NCBI RefSeq assembly: GCF_006345805.1
Contig: NW_021832753.1
Location: 1 to 32,858, forward strand
DNA length: 32,858 nt
From: Octopus sinensis
Taxonomy: Eukaryota
Reading direction: 5' to 3'
In this document: positions 10,371 to 22,945 of the stretch, piece by piece
Layout: every line of letters starts with the position of its first letter
Numbering within the stretch: the stretch's first letter is position 1
The notes under the pieces: generated by a model
The model's database searches: none
Seen by the model: the letters and a program-made list of their open reading frames with translations, nothing else
Told to the model about the DNA's origin: nothing
Made by a program: the position numbers and the translations under genes

Positions 10371-10405
10371 CTCTCTCTCTATCTGCCTGACTGTATGTCT
10401 GTCTG

Positions 10406-10481
<76 letters not shown>

Positions 10482-10575
10482 CCTATATCTATCTATATAT
10501 CTAGTTAGCTGGCTAACTGTGTGTGTATGTCTGTCTGTCTGTCTGCCTGCCTGCCTGCCTGCCTGTATGTATGTA
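10371..10575. repeat. Compound (CT)/(CTAT)n/(GTCT)/(GCCT) microsatellite
   Basis: Directly visible. Confidence 0.9.
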
Positions 10576-11364
10576 TACGAGTGAGTGCAGTAATAAAAGG
10601 AAATGACACTCAACCCATTTAGTTGGAGTCACATGTATTAATTATTATTTAAAACAATTTGATTCGGCTCCATGCGAATTCGTAGGCTTCTTACAAAAAT
10701 TTAGCACATTCAGTCCCAGTTAATCGAATGGAGAGATACAGGAAGTATGATATATATGTAATATAATATAATGTTATATAATATGATGTATATATAATAT
10801 AATGTAATATAATAGACAGAGAGAGGTGAGGAACGAGAGAGGGAAACAGAGAGAAGAGGGAGAAAGAGACAGACAAAGAGAAAACGAAATGGAGGGATAG
10901 GTTTTTTTATGGCGTTTACTGTTTAGTTGGTTTGTTGATTGGATATGTTCATTGACTGATACCTACAAACACTGAGCTACACAGACGTATATATAAACCA
11001 TTTGTGAATACATAAGACGAGCACAAAGGTATATACATGCATGGATGTCTTGGAATAGACAGAGGGGAAAGAGAGATTTACCGCCATTCCCCACTACACA
11101 CATACAGACGAACACGAATGTGTGTAGATATTCATCATAATGCAGATGTAATAGAGCCTTCTGTACACAAGCGTATATAAATAATTATTACCGTTTGTAC
11201 GGCGACAATTACATGCATTATATACAATATACAGTGGAGAAAATGAAAGCAAAACAAACAAATTTCAGAGGAAGTCGACAAAAGACTGTATAAATAACCA
11301 AAACACATGGTGTTATATCAATTTACGAATAAGAAAAAAATAATGACAATAATTGGTGGTAATA

Positions 11365-11550
11365 AAAGCAAAAGGTTTGAAATTTGGGGTGGGAGTTTCG
11401 TTGAATACATCGACCTCAACACTTACTTGTTTTTGGCCCCTGGCAACATAAAAGTTGAAGATACCCTCAGCAGGATTTGAACTCAAAACATAGAGTAAAG
11501 CAGCTAAATACTGCAAGGCATAGCTCAGAACATCTTATGACTTTGCCGAT
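11365..11550 (-). mobile_element. Family A SINE, degenerate copy
   Basis: GGATTTGAACTCAAAAC (reverse-complement B box) and TACATCGACCTCA. Confidence 0.55.
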
Positions 11551-11747
11551 GCAACGTCTTAAAACAGTAATTTCGAATACGGGCTTAAAGCCAGAAATTT
11601 AGAGGAAGGAATATCCCGAATAAAAGCTGGAGATGACCTCGAAGAGAATTTTACGTTAAAAGTAAAAAGCTGGAACAAATATCAACATTCATCATTCTGC
11701 TAATCCGACATAATCCACACCCTACAATAGTAAGTTTTTTTCTGTTA

Positions 11748-11845
11748 AAGGTACAAGGCCTTCAATTTTGAGGGGGGCGTGCCAAGTCGATTGCATCGAC
11801 GCGAGTGCTTGCTTCATTCACCCAGAATGTATGAAAGGCAAAGAA
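11748..11845 (-). mobile_element. Family A SINE 3' fragment
   Basis: GGTACAAGGCC...AAGTCGATTGCATCGAC...ATGAAAGGCAAAG. Confidence 0.65.
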
Positions 11846-11856
11846 TAATATTGGCT

Positions 11857-12062
11857 TCAAACTTTGCTACAAGGTCAGCAATTTTTGAGGAGGGAATGAG
11901 CCGATTACATTGACCTCAGTGTTCAACTGGTTCTTATTTTATCGACTCAGAAAGGATGAAAGGCAAAGTCGACTTCAGCGGAATTTGAACTCAGAACGCA
12001 AAGACGGACAAAATACCACTAAGCATTTTGTCCGGCGTGCAAGCGATTCTGCCTGCTCAATT
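11857..12062 (-). mobile_element. Family A SINE, full length
   Basis: CTTATTTTATCGAC, GGATGAAAGGCAAAGTCGAC, GCGGAATTTGAACTCAGAACG and CGATTCTGCC all present in order. Confidence 0.9.
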
Positions 12063-12089
12063 CCTTATACCCTATAATGTAACAAGAGA

Positions 12090-12290
12090 CGAATGGCCTG
12101 AAATTTTGGGTTTTGTGGTTAGTCGATTAAGTTAGCACAAATACACGACAGATGTTTTTTATCGATTGTAAAATAGTAAGAGACAGCATTTAACTCAGCT
12201 GGTTTTGAGCTAAGAATGTGCAGAGATGGTGTGAATACCGAAAGCTATTTTGTATAATGCTCAATTCTTCAATTCTGCAAGTCTACCATC
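12090..12290 (-). mobile_element. Family A SINE, highly degenerate copy
   Basis: GGCCTGAAATTTTGGG, TAGTCGATTA, TTTTATCGA and AATTCTGC in the family A order and spacing. Confidence 0.45.
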
Positions 12291-12484
12291 ATTACCTCCA
12301 AACAACAAAAGCTACTCTAACCATGACCGTACCTCTAATATAATTTTCCTCTAGAAGAATTTTCGCTGCATAACATTACCCAATAAGTCCTCTATAACAC
12401 GTAAGAGAGAGAGAGAGAGAGAGAGATCTGGTTGTTATTTCTAGCACTTTGAGTGACCATTTACAAGAGCCGCGCACACACTGT

Positions 12485-12489
12485 CTATA

Positions 12490-12542
<53 letters not shown>

Positions 12543-12693
12543 GTCTATCTGTCTATCTATCTATCCATCTATCTATCTATCTACCTATTTATCTACCTAC
12601 CTACCTATCTACCTACCTACCTACCTACTTACCTATCTACTTATCTATCTATCTATTTATCTGTCTGTCTGTCCAACTACCCGTCTGTCTCTC

Positions 12694-12728
<35 letters not shown>

Positions 12729-12731
12729 AAT

Positions 12732-12809
<78 letters not shown>

Positions 12810-12949
12810 GTCTGTCTGCCTGTCTGTCTGTGTGCCTGTGTCTGTCTGCCTGTCTGTGTGCCTGTGTCTGTCTGCCTGTCTTTCTGTCTGTGTATGTCTT
12901 TATACATAACATCTGCCTCTCTCCCTTTCTCTCTCTCTTTCTTTCTCGC

Positions 12950-12990
<41 letters not shown>
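12485..12990. repeat. Long compound (ATCT)n/(ACCT)n/(GTCT)n/(CT)n microsatellite
   Basis: Directly visible; source of the LSIY-type ORFs 12449..13072 and 12453..13019. Confidence 0.95.
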
Positions 12991-13129
12991 AGAGCTTTGC
13001 CACTTTACACCAGGTATAAAGATAATTATAAGGATCAATAATATAAGTACCAAACTAAAATATGTATTGTAGCATTAATATAATTAATTAATCACAAACA
13101 ATCAAATTGGAATGGAACATAATATTAGC

Positions 13130-13338
13130 TTTAAATTTTGACCCAGGGTCAGCAATTTCAAGGGATGGAATAAGTCGGCTACATTAACCCCAGTACTCAA
13201 CTGGTACTTATTTTATCGACCCCAAGAGGATGAAAAGCAAAGTCGACTTAGGCAGGATTTGAACTCAAAACGTAAAGACGGACGAAATGCCGCTAAGCAT
13301 TTTACACCACGTGCTAACGATTCTGCCAATTCACCGCC
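13130..13338 (-). mobile_element. Family A SINE, full length, head abutting (ATT)n
   Basis: All family A motifs; minus-strand junction ...ATTATTAAGGCGGTGAATTGGCAGAATCG. Confidence 0.9.
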
Positions 13339-13340
13339 TT

Positions 13341-13344
13341 AATA

Positions 13345-13425
<81 letters not shown>
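13341..13425. repeat. (TAA)n microsatellite
   Basis: Directly visible. Confidence 0.95.
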
Positions 13426-13427
<2 letters not shown>

Positions 13428-13871
13428 CTGATGATGATGATGATGAGTGGGATGGGTGGGTTTTGATGATGGTGATGATAACAACAACATTTCTCTCAAC
13501 TGTGGACTACACATAGGTTTTATTTATCTGGCCAGAGATGATTTAGTGGTGTTAAATCTACGTTAGAAGGATGTGAGGCTCGGGCTGTAATGCGGAAATA
13601 ACAGCCACAATAGCGAATGTATTTGAATATCTATCTCGTATGAAATTGAATAACTAAAATTATCATTATTGAAAAAAGGCATGGAATAATAATAGAGGCC
13701 TCTCTCCCTCTCTCCTTCTCTCTCACTCGCTGAAGCTCTCTCTCTCTCTCTCTCTCATTCTTTCCTTCTCTCTCCACTCGCCTGTCTCTTTCTCTCCCTC
13801 CTTTCCCCCTTCTCTCTCGCTCTCCAAGGCTTATGAAAACAATGAAAGGATGGCTGAGTTCACTGAGGTTA

Positions 13872-13945
<74 letters not shown>

Positions 13946-15629
13946 GTACAAATACACACACACGCATGTATATTAATAAGTAGAAATAAACCTGTTTCGA
14001 AAGACTGGTTTTACTTCTCAGAGGCAAACCAAGAACAAGAGATACCAAATAAATAACTCGTGTACAATCAACAATGAAGGGTAAAAAAGAAAAAAAAAGT
14101 CAACAAGTAAATGCAGTATTGTGAATTCAATGAGTCATGGTCCGGTAGTCAAAATGATCTGAATTAAACCAGAAGCGAAAGATAAAAAGAAGAAAAAAAA
14201 AAGAAAAAGAACAATATGCCCCGACAATGATAGACCTCGAGAGTGTATATAAAAATGTGAAATATATCTGAAATGTACCTGAACACTGTACTTAAAAATC
14301 AACCGGAAGTTATATCAGCTTGTAGCTAGCGTAATGAAAAAATGAAGCTCTCAGAAAAGGAGATATCTAAAGACCATAACTGAAAAGTTAGTTAGCAGCA
14401 TAAGGTTTTCTTTCTCCCTAAAATTATTTGTGCAATTTGTTATGCATTATTATTTTGTTTGAAGCGTAGTACTGCGGAAATTGGGCCCTCAGAAAATAAG
14501 AACGCTCTTGACCGTTCTTCCTAGTGACTCAGCAGGAGTTTGTGTGTTAACGAGTTCTCTGGTAAATGTACAGGTACTGAGATGGCAGGAAGGGACTTTA
14601 GGGTCTGTACACATTTTATAAAACATTGAACAGTTGGCGAAGAAATGCTACTGGAATACAAAATACGCTCTTCTGTTTTATCTAACCTGCTTTCTTAAAC
14701 TGAGAGACGATTTACATTCATATGTATAAAAAGAAACTTCAGTGCTATTTGCGAATAAGCAGAAAGTGATGGGGGGTAGAAAAAAAAGGAAATCTTCCTA
14801 CGTACCTTGCAAGTAATAATTTTACAAATCGAACAAATTTACAAATAATAGACAACAACAAAATGTCCAGAAGAAGATGTCTTCAAAAAGGGAAACAATC
14901 ATCTATTCTTGTTCCAGAGAAAGAAAGAAATGAAGTTGTTTTTTTAAATGCGTTACTGAAACAAAATATTTCCAAACACACAGAGAAGCATACACATACA
15001 GAATGCAAAGGAACTCTAGCTACATTAGTGTATTGAGAACGATAGAGATTACGAGTTTTGGTATTATAAACAGAGTAAGAGAGAATGTGAGTTTAAAAGG
15101 GATTATAAGACACAGATAGAGTTACAGAGAGTGATAGAAAGAGAGACAGAGAGAGAGGTGGAGAAGAGGGAGAGAGAGAGAGAGAGAGTACAAATGAATG
15201 GGTTCATAAATTATCAAGTTACGAAAAATGTGTTTTCAGTATTCCTAATCGTTCATTTTACACATTATATAAACCCCACATTCTGGTTATCTCTATTTCC
15301 AGATCATTATGGTTGAATAATTTCTGCATTTTTTAAAATATACTGTCACCTACATGAACTAATGCTTGCATTAGAATAAATATTATTGTTTTTGTTGTTG
15401 TCATTGTTTATCATTGCTGTTGATGTTGTTGTTCCTTGAAGCGTTGGGGAAAAAGCTTAGTTTTCCTGCATACATCGTTAAAATAAAGTACCAGACAAGT
15501 ACTGAGGTCAATGTACTCAGAATTGCTGGTTTTGTGCTTCCTTGGCTTTATGCTTAAGTTAATTCATTATCGTAATTGTTGTTGCATAATTGTTGCTTCT
15601 TCAAACAATTTTAACAAGATGGACACTTG

Positions 15630-15775
15630 TAGTATCGCTAGAACACGCAACAACCGTTTTCCAGTTCAAATAACTCCCGTGTACACTTTACATTTTTGTC
15701 CTCCTGGGATTAAGGCAATAAATACCAGTCAAATACAAGGGCCGATACAATCGTTTATCCCTTCCTGCATAATAC
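15630..15775 (+). mobile_element. Family A SINE, degenerate copy
   Basis: CAGTTCAAATAACTCC, ATAAATACCAGTCAAATACAAGGGCCGATACAATCG. Confidence 0.5.
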
Positions 15776-15919
15776 ATGATTTTATTTTGATACCGGAAAT
15801 CAATATATAACCATAGTATTTACCGGTGATAGGTGGTGCTGTTTGTGGTGATGATAAGGTTGGTGGTGAAGCTAGTGGCGGAAGCATCAGCAATACAGGT
15901 TCACAATTCGGATAAACAC

Positions 15920-15946
15920 ATAATAATAATAATAATAATAATAATA

Positions 15947-15996
<50 letters not shown>

Positions 15997-16008
15997 TAAT
16001 AATAATAA
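15920..16008. repeat. (TAA)n microsatellite
   Basis: Directly visible; lies at the tail of the minus-strand SINE 16010-16215. Confidence 0.95.
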
Positions 16009-16009
16009 A

Positions 16010-16215
16010 TGTTTCTAACATACGAATAAAGTCAGGAATTTAGAGAGCAGTCAGTTGATTTAATTGACTCTCCTAATTGGTTAGTACTTTCATCCACCCC
16101 AGAGAGATGAAAAGTAAGGATGACCTTAGAGGGATTTCAACCGGGTACGTAGAGCACCTTAACTAAACACCACAAGGTATTTCACCCTTTTTTATACCGG
16201 TTCTGCCAGTGCATC
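16010..16215 (-). mobile_element. Family A SINE, degenerate copy
   Basis: GATGAAAAGTAAGGATGACCTTAGAGGGATTTCAAC and GGTTCTGCCAG. Confidence 0.6.
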
Positions 16216-16446
16216 ATAAAAAAACAAACAGAAATGGAACAAAAAAAATAATATGAACAGGAACTAAGCTTGACAAGCAAGTATTGCTAATCAGTTTTAC
16301 ACAAACATTATATGAATGTATGTGAGTGTTCGTGATTGTGTTTGTGTGTGTGTGTCTGCATATATTTGTACTTGCTTATACATGTATGTAGTATACATAC
16401 ATATACGTTTATATGTACATGTACATGAATATCAAAATATAAGTAT

Positions 16447-16461
16447 ATACATATACATACA

Positions 16462-16523
<62 letters not shown>

Positions 16524-16537
16524 TGTATGTATGTATG

Positions 16538-16580
<43 letters not shown>

Positions 16581-16582
16581 TA

Positions 16583-16618
<36 letters not shown>

Positions 16619-16640
16619 TGTATGTATGTATGTATGTATG
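16447..16640. repeat. (CATA)n-(TATG)n-(TA)n-(TATG)n compound repeat containing an 80-bp perfect palindrome
   Basis: (ATAC)9 ATAT|ATAT (GTAT)9+, centred between 16492 and 16493. Confidence 0.9.
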
Positions 16641-17479
16641 CTTGTGCGCGGAAGGAAGGATGTATCTTAAAAATAACGTAAAAATATGCTACAGAAATGC
16701 TAAATTAATATACTAGTTTCACGCTGAGTTGAAGATAGTTTGAGAAACGTTCTCAAATTTCAAACTACTTATCTCTCATCAAAGAAATACGAGGGGAAAG
16801 AAAAAAATGGTTAGAACAGAAGAGAAATAATCTCAATGGATCGAAGTACGTGAGACTTAATTTTTTAAAATACTTTTTTTATAGTATATTTTTAATATTT
16901 TACTGACATAATTTAGTCTTTGTTTTTCTTGGATTATCCTATCGGGATTACATTGGATCAACAGTAGTTGTTAATGTACTTAAATATCTATGATTGTGAG
17001 CCTGTGTGTGTATGGGAAAACATGTTTGGATATGTGATACGAATTCATATTTGATTAACAACAAATTAAATGCCTAAACATTTAAAGATAATCAATAAGA
17101 GTTGGATGAAAAATTAAACAAAAATCGATTTGAAAAAAATGAGATTGGGCGACATTCATGTGTTTCTGATTGTCGATAGCGATATAATTAGTGTAAATTG
17201 GTTTCAAAAGTAGATCGAAACCAGATCGAAGATTCGGCAACCCTATACCAAATTAGCCAAATGGAGCGCCTACAACTGCAGCTCAAACTTTTAGAAACAG
17301 CAGCCAAGTATCTTTCAAATCATACATTGCTGTTTTTATAATATTTCACAGGTGTTCCTGGGTGTATTGTGCATGAGAATTATGGCGAAATGGTCACGAT
17401 TCGAATACTTTTTAGTAATATTACCTGTGAATCAAAGCTTATCTATGGTGAAGTAGCAGCAGCAGCAGCAATAAAAGAT

Positions 17480-18542
17480 ACATATAAACTTGAGAAATAT
17501 TTTAACTGTCATCTGTTGAATGCCGCCATCTTATTAGCAGTGTTCAACTCATCAACTCAGTAGTTTGATGGTAATTCACTACTGTTTAAGGAGCTTGAGG
17601 AATATGCATTCACATTCTCACCGGGTTGACTTTTCTTAATAGGCCCTTATTATTAAGGGACATTTGAGCAGGGTCTCTGATCTGCGGTTCGCTCATCTTT
17701 TTCCTCAAACCAGTCACAGAGGCGCTGAAGAGGTGACTACCATAACACTCCCTTCATTTTACTTAGCCATAAATACATACATACATACATACATACATAC
17801 ATACATACATACATACATACATACATACATACATACACATACATACATACATACATACATACATACATAAATACATACATAAATACATACATACATACAT
17901 ACATACATACATACATACATAAATACATACATACATACATACATACATACATACATAAATACATACATACATACATACATACATACATACATACATACAT
18001 AATACATACATACATACATACATAATACATACATACATACATACATACATACATACATACATACATACATACATACATACATAAATACATACATACATAC
18101 ATACATACATACATACATACATACATAAATACATACATACATACATACATACATACATACATACATAAATACAACATACATACATACATACATAAATACA
18201 TACATACATACATACATACATACATACATACATAAATACATACATACATACATACATACATACATACATACATAAATACATACATACATACATACATACA
18301 TACATACATACATAAATACATACATACATACATACATACATACATACATACATACATACATACATACATACATACATACATACATAAATACATACATACA
18401 TACATACATACATACATACATACATACATAAATACATACATACATACATACATACATACATACATACATAATACATACATATACATACATACACATACAT
18501 ACATACATAATACATACATACATACATACATACATACATACA

Positions 18543-18574
<32 letters not shown>

Positions 18575-18850
18575 AGGAAGCCTATGTATGATGCCGGAGG
18601 TCATGAAAGCCGTCTTGGATGGAATTGAAATCTTACAGCTTGTTGCAAAATATTTCGGTGACAGCCTTGTTAACAATTACTGGTGGTGAGGGAGTGAACA
18701 TTCTAAACACGTGATGTTTACAGGGGTTACTCTCAAAAACATCAGACGGGAATTCAATTAGCCCCACATACAATAAGATTTGGAAAATAGCTTGAAATAG
18801 TAAGACACCGTAGTAGTTCAGTCAGGGCATTCCAGTTTGGGATGTGAGCC
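17480..18850 (-). mobile_element. Probable decayed non-LTR (CR1/L2/Jockey-group) reverse-transcriptase relic, interrupted by the (CATA)n array
   Basis: Minus-strand peptides in RT motif order, with stops and frameshifts: ESNP...IVNKAVTEIF...SIQDGFHDLR (18734-18594); LWLSKMK...RLCDWF (about 17772-17700); VNA-IPQ (17613-17590); TDDS (17516-17505). PQ-to-DD spacing is about 30 codons, as expected. The motifs are very degenerate. Confidence 0.4.
17768..18572. repeat. ~800-bp (CATA)n array with recurrent AATA variant units
   Basis: Directly visible; source of the three 266-305 aa MYVC ORFs. Confidence 0.97.
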
Positions 18851-19309
18851 CTCTTCTGGACAGAGGACATAGCCAGCTTTCCAATCTCGCCCTCTTTCTC
18901 TCTCCAACAGTTAACATTTTTCAGATATCATCTGTAGTATATATTTAGGCAGTCAAAAAATATTTTTTCGTGACCTAGTGATTTTTTTTCGGTGTGCATA
19001 GCTGTCAGTTGATAAGTTCCACGCTGCTGTAGCAAAATGTCTGACGGAGACATTTTGAATTCACAACAGTTTAGATAGGGTAATAGATCTTCTGACTATG
19101 CACTCTACGGAAGGCTTTCATATGCTTCGTTTCCCTACCTACATTCTCATAGTTATATAGCCACCAGTTTGATTGGTTAGTGCCGACAGTAGGATACAAA
19201 TTATACGTCTCATGCTTTGCGATATTGGGACAGTCTTCGAAATTATGTGGTATTACTAAGAGCTGCATTCCATAGACATGCATTCAATGATAAGTAAAAC
19301 ACTCATGTA

Positions 19310-19345
<36 letters not shown>

Positions 19346-19451
19346 CGCGCGCAAATACACGCAACACATACTTACATGTATACACAAACACATATACATC
19401 CTCACATGCGTATATGCATACATATATGTATATGTATAAAGTTTGTATATA

Positions 19452-19497
<46 letters not shown>

Positions 19498-19760
19498 TAT
19501 AAGTATATGTATAAATGTATGTATATATATTTATGTATAAAATATGAATTAGAGATAAAACCACTATTATGCAACTCAAACAGTGATAGACATAAACCAA
19601 TACATAAATAACTAATATACATATATATACAATTTTTTTTTAATATATAACTTATAACTAGATCTCAAAAAGTATAAAATGAAGGATGAAAATATAATTC
19701 ACGCAGACATAAATACATACAAATATTACATGTAAATATGTGTTTGTGTATATGTGTGCA

Positions 19761-19799
<39 letters not shown>

Positions 19800-20464
19800 T
19801 CTGTGCGCATGTATATTTCTGCTACAAATAGCAGAATTATAATGTGAAAGCGTGTGAGTTCCCAAATATGTACTGGATTTTTTTTAAAAATAAATAAAGA
19901 TTATGATAAAAGTAAATAAAGCATGAAAAGAGAGATAAAATTATTTGGATGTGCCTGAGACCAGAATGAAAGAAATACACATCCGCCTGTTTAGGCGTAT
20001 GCATGTGCGAGTGCATGTATTGTACATGTGTGTGTTTGTGTGTGTATATACATGCATATACACACAAACTCACACGCACATATATGCATATATACACCAA
20101 CACAAACTTGTATATAAATCTGTATGTGTGTACAAATATATATATACGTATATCTATATATATCTATATATATATACGTATATCTATATATATATATGTA
20201 TATGTATATAAAGGTTAATATTTAGGTGTCTATGAATATGTATGGTGGGAAGTGGGGAATTGGGGATTTGTGTGTGTGTGATCAAATATAAATTCTTCGT
20301 TTGACCCGAGTGTCAGATATGATACACTAAAGATTAAATCGTTTATACAGCAGTAGAATGTTCTTTAGCCCACCTATTCGATTTACAAGTCTGGTAGCTG
20401 GATCCTATATCCTACCCAACCAAGAACTGTATAATCTAGTCCCACGACCCTTTAAATATAAGCA

Positions 20465-20645
20465 AGCATGGTTATATAGTTCACAAGTGCTGTTCGCATA
20501 CAAATGATTCTGCGTTCGGTACCACTGCGTGGTCGCTTTGGTTTTTTGGTGGGTTTTTGTACAAGTGCTTCTTCTATCATACATTCCTTTTAGCCAATGT
20601 ATTCTGACGAAACTTTGGTATGCAGAAGCTGAAACCGGTAGAAAC
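20465..20645 (+). mobile_element. Family B SINE 5' half, degenerate
   Basis: GCATGGTTATATAG...GTTCGGTACCACTGCGTGG...CAAGTGCTTCTTCTATCAT...TTTGGTATGCAGAAGCTGAAA resembles the head of 4862-5268. Confidence 0.55.
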
Positions 20646-20949
20646 ACAAAGACACACACACATCTACACACACACACACACACACACATACACACACGCA
20701 AACACATACACATTATTCGCACACACGCGCGCGATACATACACACGTGCATATATAAATATATTCGTTTGAATTTACCAAAAAAAAATGAAATGGAGAAA
20801 TATTAAATGATGAAGTAGTGTGTAATTATGTCTAATAATGCTGAGATTTACACTAGTATTATTAGTAAAAAGATATTACATACACATCAGTGATAGAATG
20901 CTCAATAAATCGGTACGTCGAAAAATATAAAAAAATAATACTTTGTAGT

Positions 20950-20969
20950 ATTTATTATTATTATTATTA

Positions 20970-21009
<40 letters not shown>

Positions 21010-21045
21010 TTATTATTATTATATTATTATTATTATATTATTATC
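20950..21045. repeat. (ATT)n microsatellite
   Basis: Directly visible. Confidence 0.95.
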
Positions 21046-21184
21046 GGTCTTTGAAAATTCAATGAACCCGTAATAGGTCCGTTAGAAATCTGTAACCAAC
21101 GACTCTATTCACAAAATGCTTTCACGTTTTGCCTGTAAAGAAGTCAAGTTGCTTTCGGTTTGGAAAGGTTTAATCATAAGTCTC

Positions 21185-21365
21185 TTCAAACGAGGATGAT
21201 CTGAGGCAAAACAGTTCGTCGATTATATTGACCTACTACATGATTTGTATTTTTTATCAATCCCAGACATATAAAAGATAAAAGGCAAAAATCAACCACA
21301 ACGGGATTTGAACTCATAATACGGGGGCCATTTGTTTGACGTTTTAGTGATTCTGCTAAGCCACA
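21185..21365 (-). mobile_element. Family A SINE, degenerate copy
   Basis: GTCGATTATATTGACC, TTTTTATCAATCC, AAAAGGCAAAAATCAAC, GGGATTTGAACTCA and GATTCTGC in order. Confidence 0.6.
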
Positions 21366-22889
21366 ATTCTTAGACGTTGAACGATTGTGAAGGTGTAAAA
21401 AAAATGACTGTAATAAGTGTCAATATGGAATCGTTGTGCAATGTTAAATTTACATGACAATTCTCTCTTAAATCAAAGCCTACAATTTCTTTCTTTAAGA
21501 AAAAAGTGGGCACTGGACACAATATGTAACCGAAACACAATATGTACGTGAGAAAAGTCAAGAGGGTAATGAGATCGATGTGGGGTTTACAGGAACAATA
21601 TCAGCTAAAGATGATAACTTAGCCAAGCGACAACAATTGATAAAATAACTGCCAGAATCAAAATCAATACAATCAACTAAAGCCGATTATGGGTACCCAG
21701 GCATGGCCGCAATCCAATAACTGAGAACAGTGAAGATATCTGGGATCTTACAGTTTTCATCGTTGTGTCACTGGTTGTGTCACTGGTTGGTTGGAAAGAT
21801 TGATTGAAATAAGTGAGACCCGTATTTGCCATAGAGTTTATCAGAGGTTACAAGGACACAGATGACTAATTAAATAGTATATTATGAAGATAAACCAATA
21901 AAAATTAGACAAGACAAGAAAAGAATAACATGATAAAGGAACAGGATGAGATAAAGACAACGGCAACAACGAAAGAGGAGAAGGAAGTTACTAAAGTGAT
22001 GTTCTGATGTTCACAAAGATAACGATGATGATGATGATGATGATGATGAGGAGGAGGAGGAGGAGGAAGGGGAACAGGAGCAAGATTATGATGATGATCT
22101 CGGCGATGATGATTATAATGATACCAAAGAAAAGAAAATGTTGATCAATGTGATGATAAGGCTAACGACGACCGTGACTAGTAGCTGTAGTAGTTGTTGT
22201 AGTTGTTACTGTTGTAATTGTTATTTGATTTATAGATCTTTGTAGATAACCGTTGTCACGTGTTGGACGGATCCGGCTATCTATAGAAATAACCGGGAAG
22301 GTCGTTCCGTCGGCTTTCCTTTGACTGGAAACGGCAAGTAATTTTCCTCTGTCTTACGGTCATAGCAGAAGTGAATGTAAAGTGTATGTGACTAAAGGAA
22401 TTAAACAATTAAATAAAAGACACCTTCCTCATTGGTTTTCTTTTATTTTTTATTCTTTTGTTTTTCATGTTTCAGTTGGCAAAAAGATGCTACTCTTCTG
22501 TAAATTAAACTTAAGATGGATAACAGTGTCGATCATAGTTCAATAAGATGGACGCATTGTCAGTCTGGAGGCTGAGAAAATATCTAATCAGAGCCTCCGT
22601 GATATTTCACGAATAACTCCAAATGATTGCCCTCCTCTCAGAACAATTCTGTTGATTGTGTAAATTTTCACTCTTTACATTCCCTATTTATTTAACTTCG
22701 ATGTAAATTCGTCACACTTTCTGTAACTTATCTACGTATTACCTTGCACAATGTCCCCACGTTCCTTACTCTTTAGCAAATAAAATAAATCATTAGTACT
22801 ATTCCTATTCTTTTCATTATTGCCTTTCAATTTGATGTAAATTCCGCCCCACCGTTGTATTTCGACTTTGTACTGCCAATGCGACCGAG

Positions 22890-22945
22890 GAAATGTCCTG
22901 TGATATTTCTTCTGACTCATTACGCTTTGAGTTTAAACCCCAGTA
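22890..22945 (+). mobile_element. Family A SINE head fragment
   Basis: GAAATGTCCTGTGATATTTCTTCTGACTCATTACGCTTTGAGTTTAAA resembles 26615-26662. Confidence 0.4.

Noticed and set aside
11365-12290. CRISPR-like regularly spaced repeats
   Set aside because: Units are ~200-nt diverged SINE copies, not short identical repeats with unique spacers; eukaryotic context and no cas genes.
12449-13072. 207-aa and 188-aa LSIY-repeat ORFs
   Set aside because: Translation of (ATCT)n and related repeats.
14462-14625. ~54-codon open plus frame (VVLRKLGPQKIRTLLTVLPSD...) after TTTTGTTTGAAG
   Set aside because: Weak splice sites and no recognisable homology; within chance expectation.
16735-16775. Small hairpin TTGAGAA-ACG-TTCTCAA
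   Set aside because: A 7-8-bp stem is expected by chance in AT-rich DNA.
17737-18676. Three longest ORFs (266-305 aa, MYVC repeats)
   Set aside because: Translation of (TATG)n, which lacks stop codons; no coding signal.
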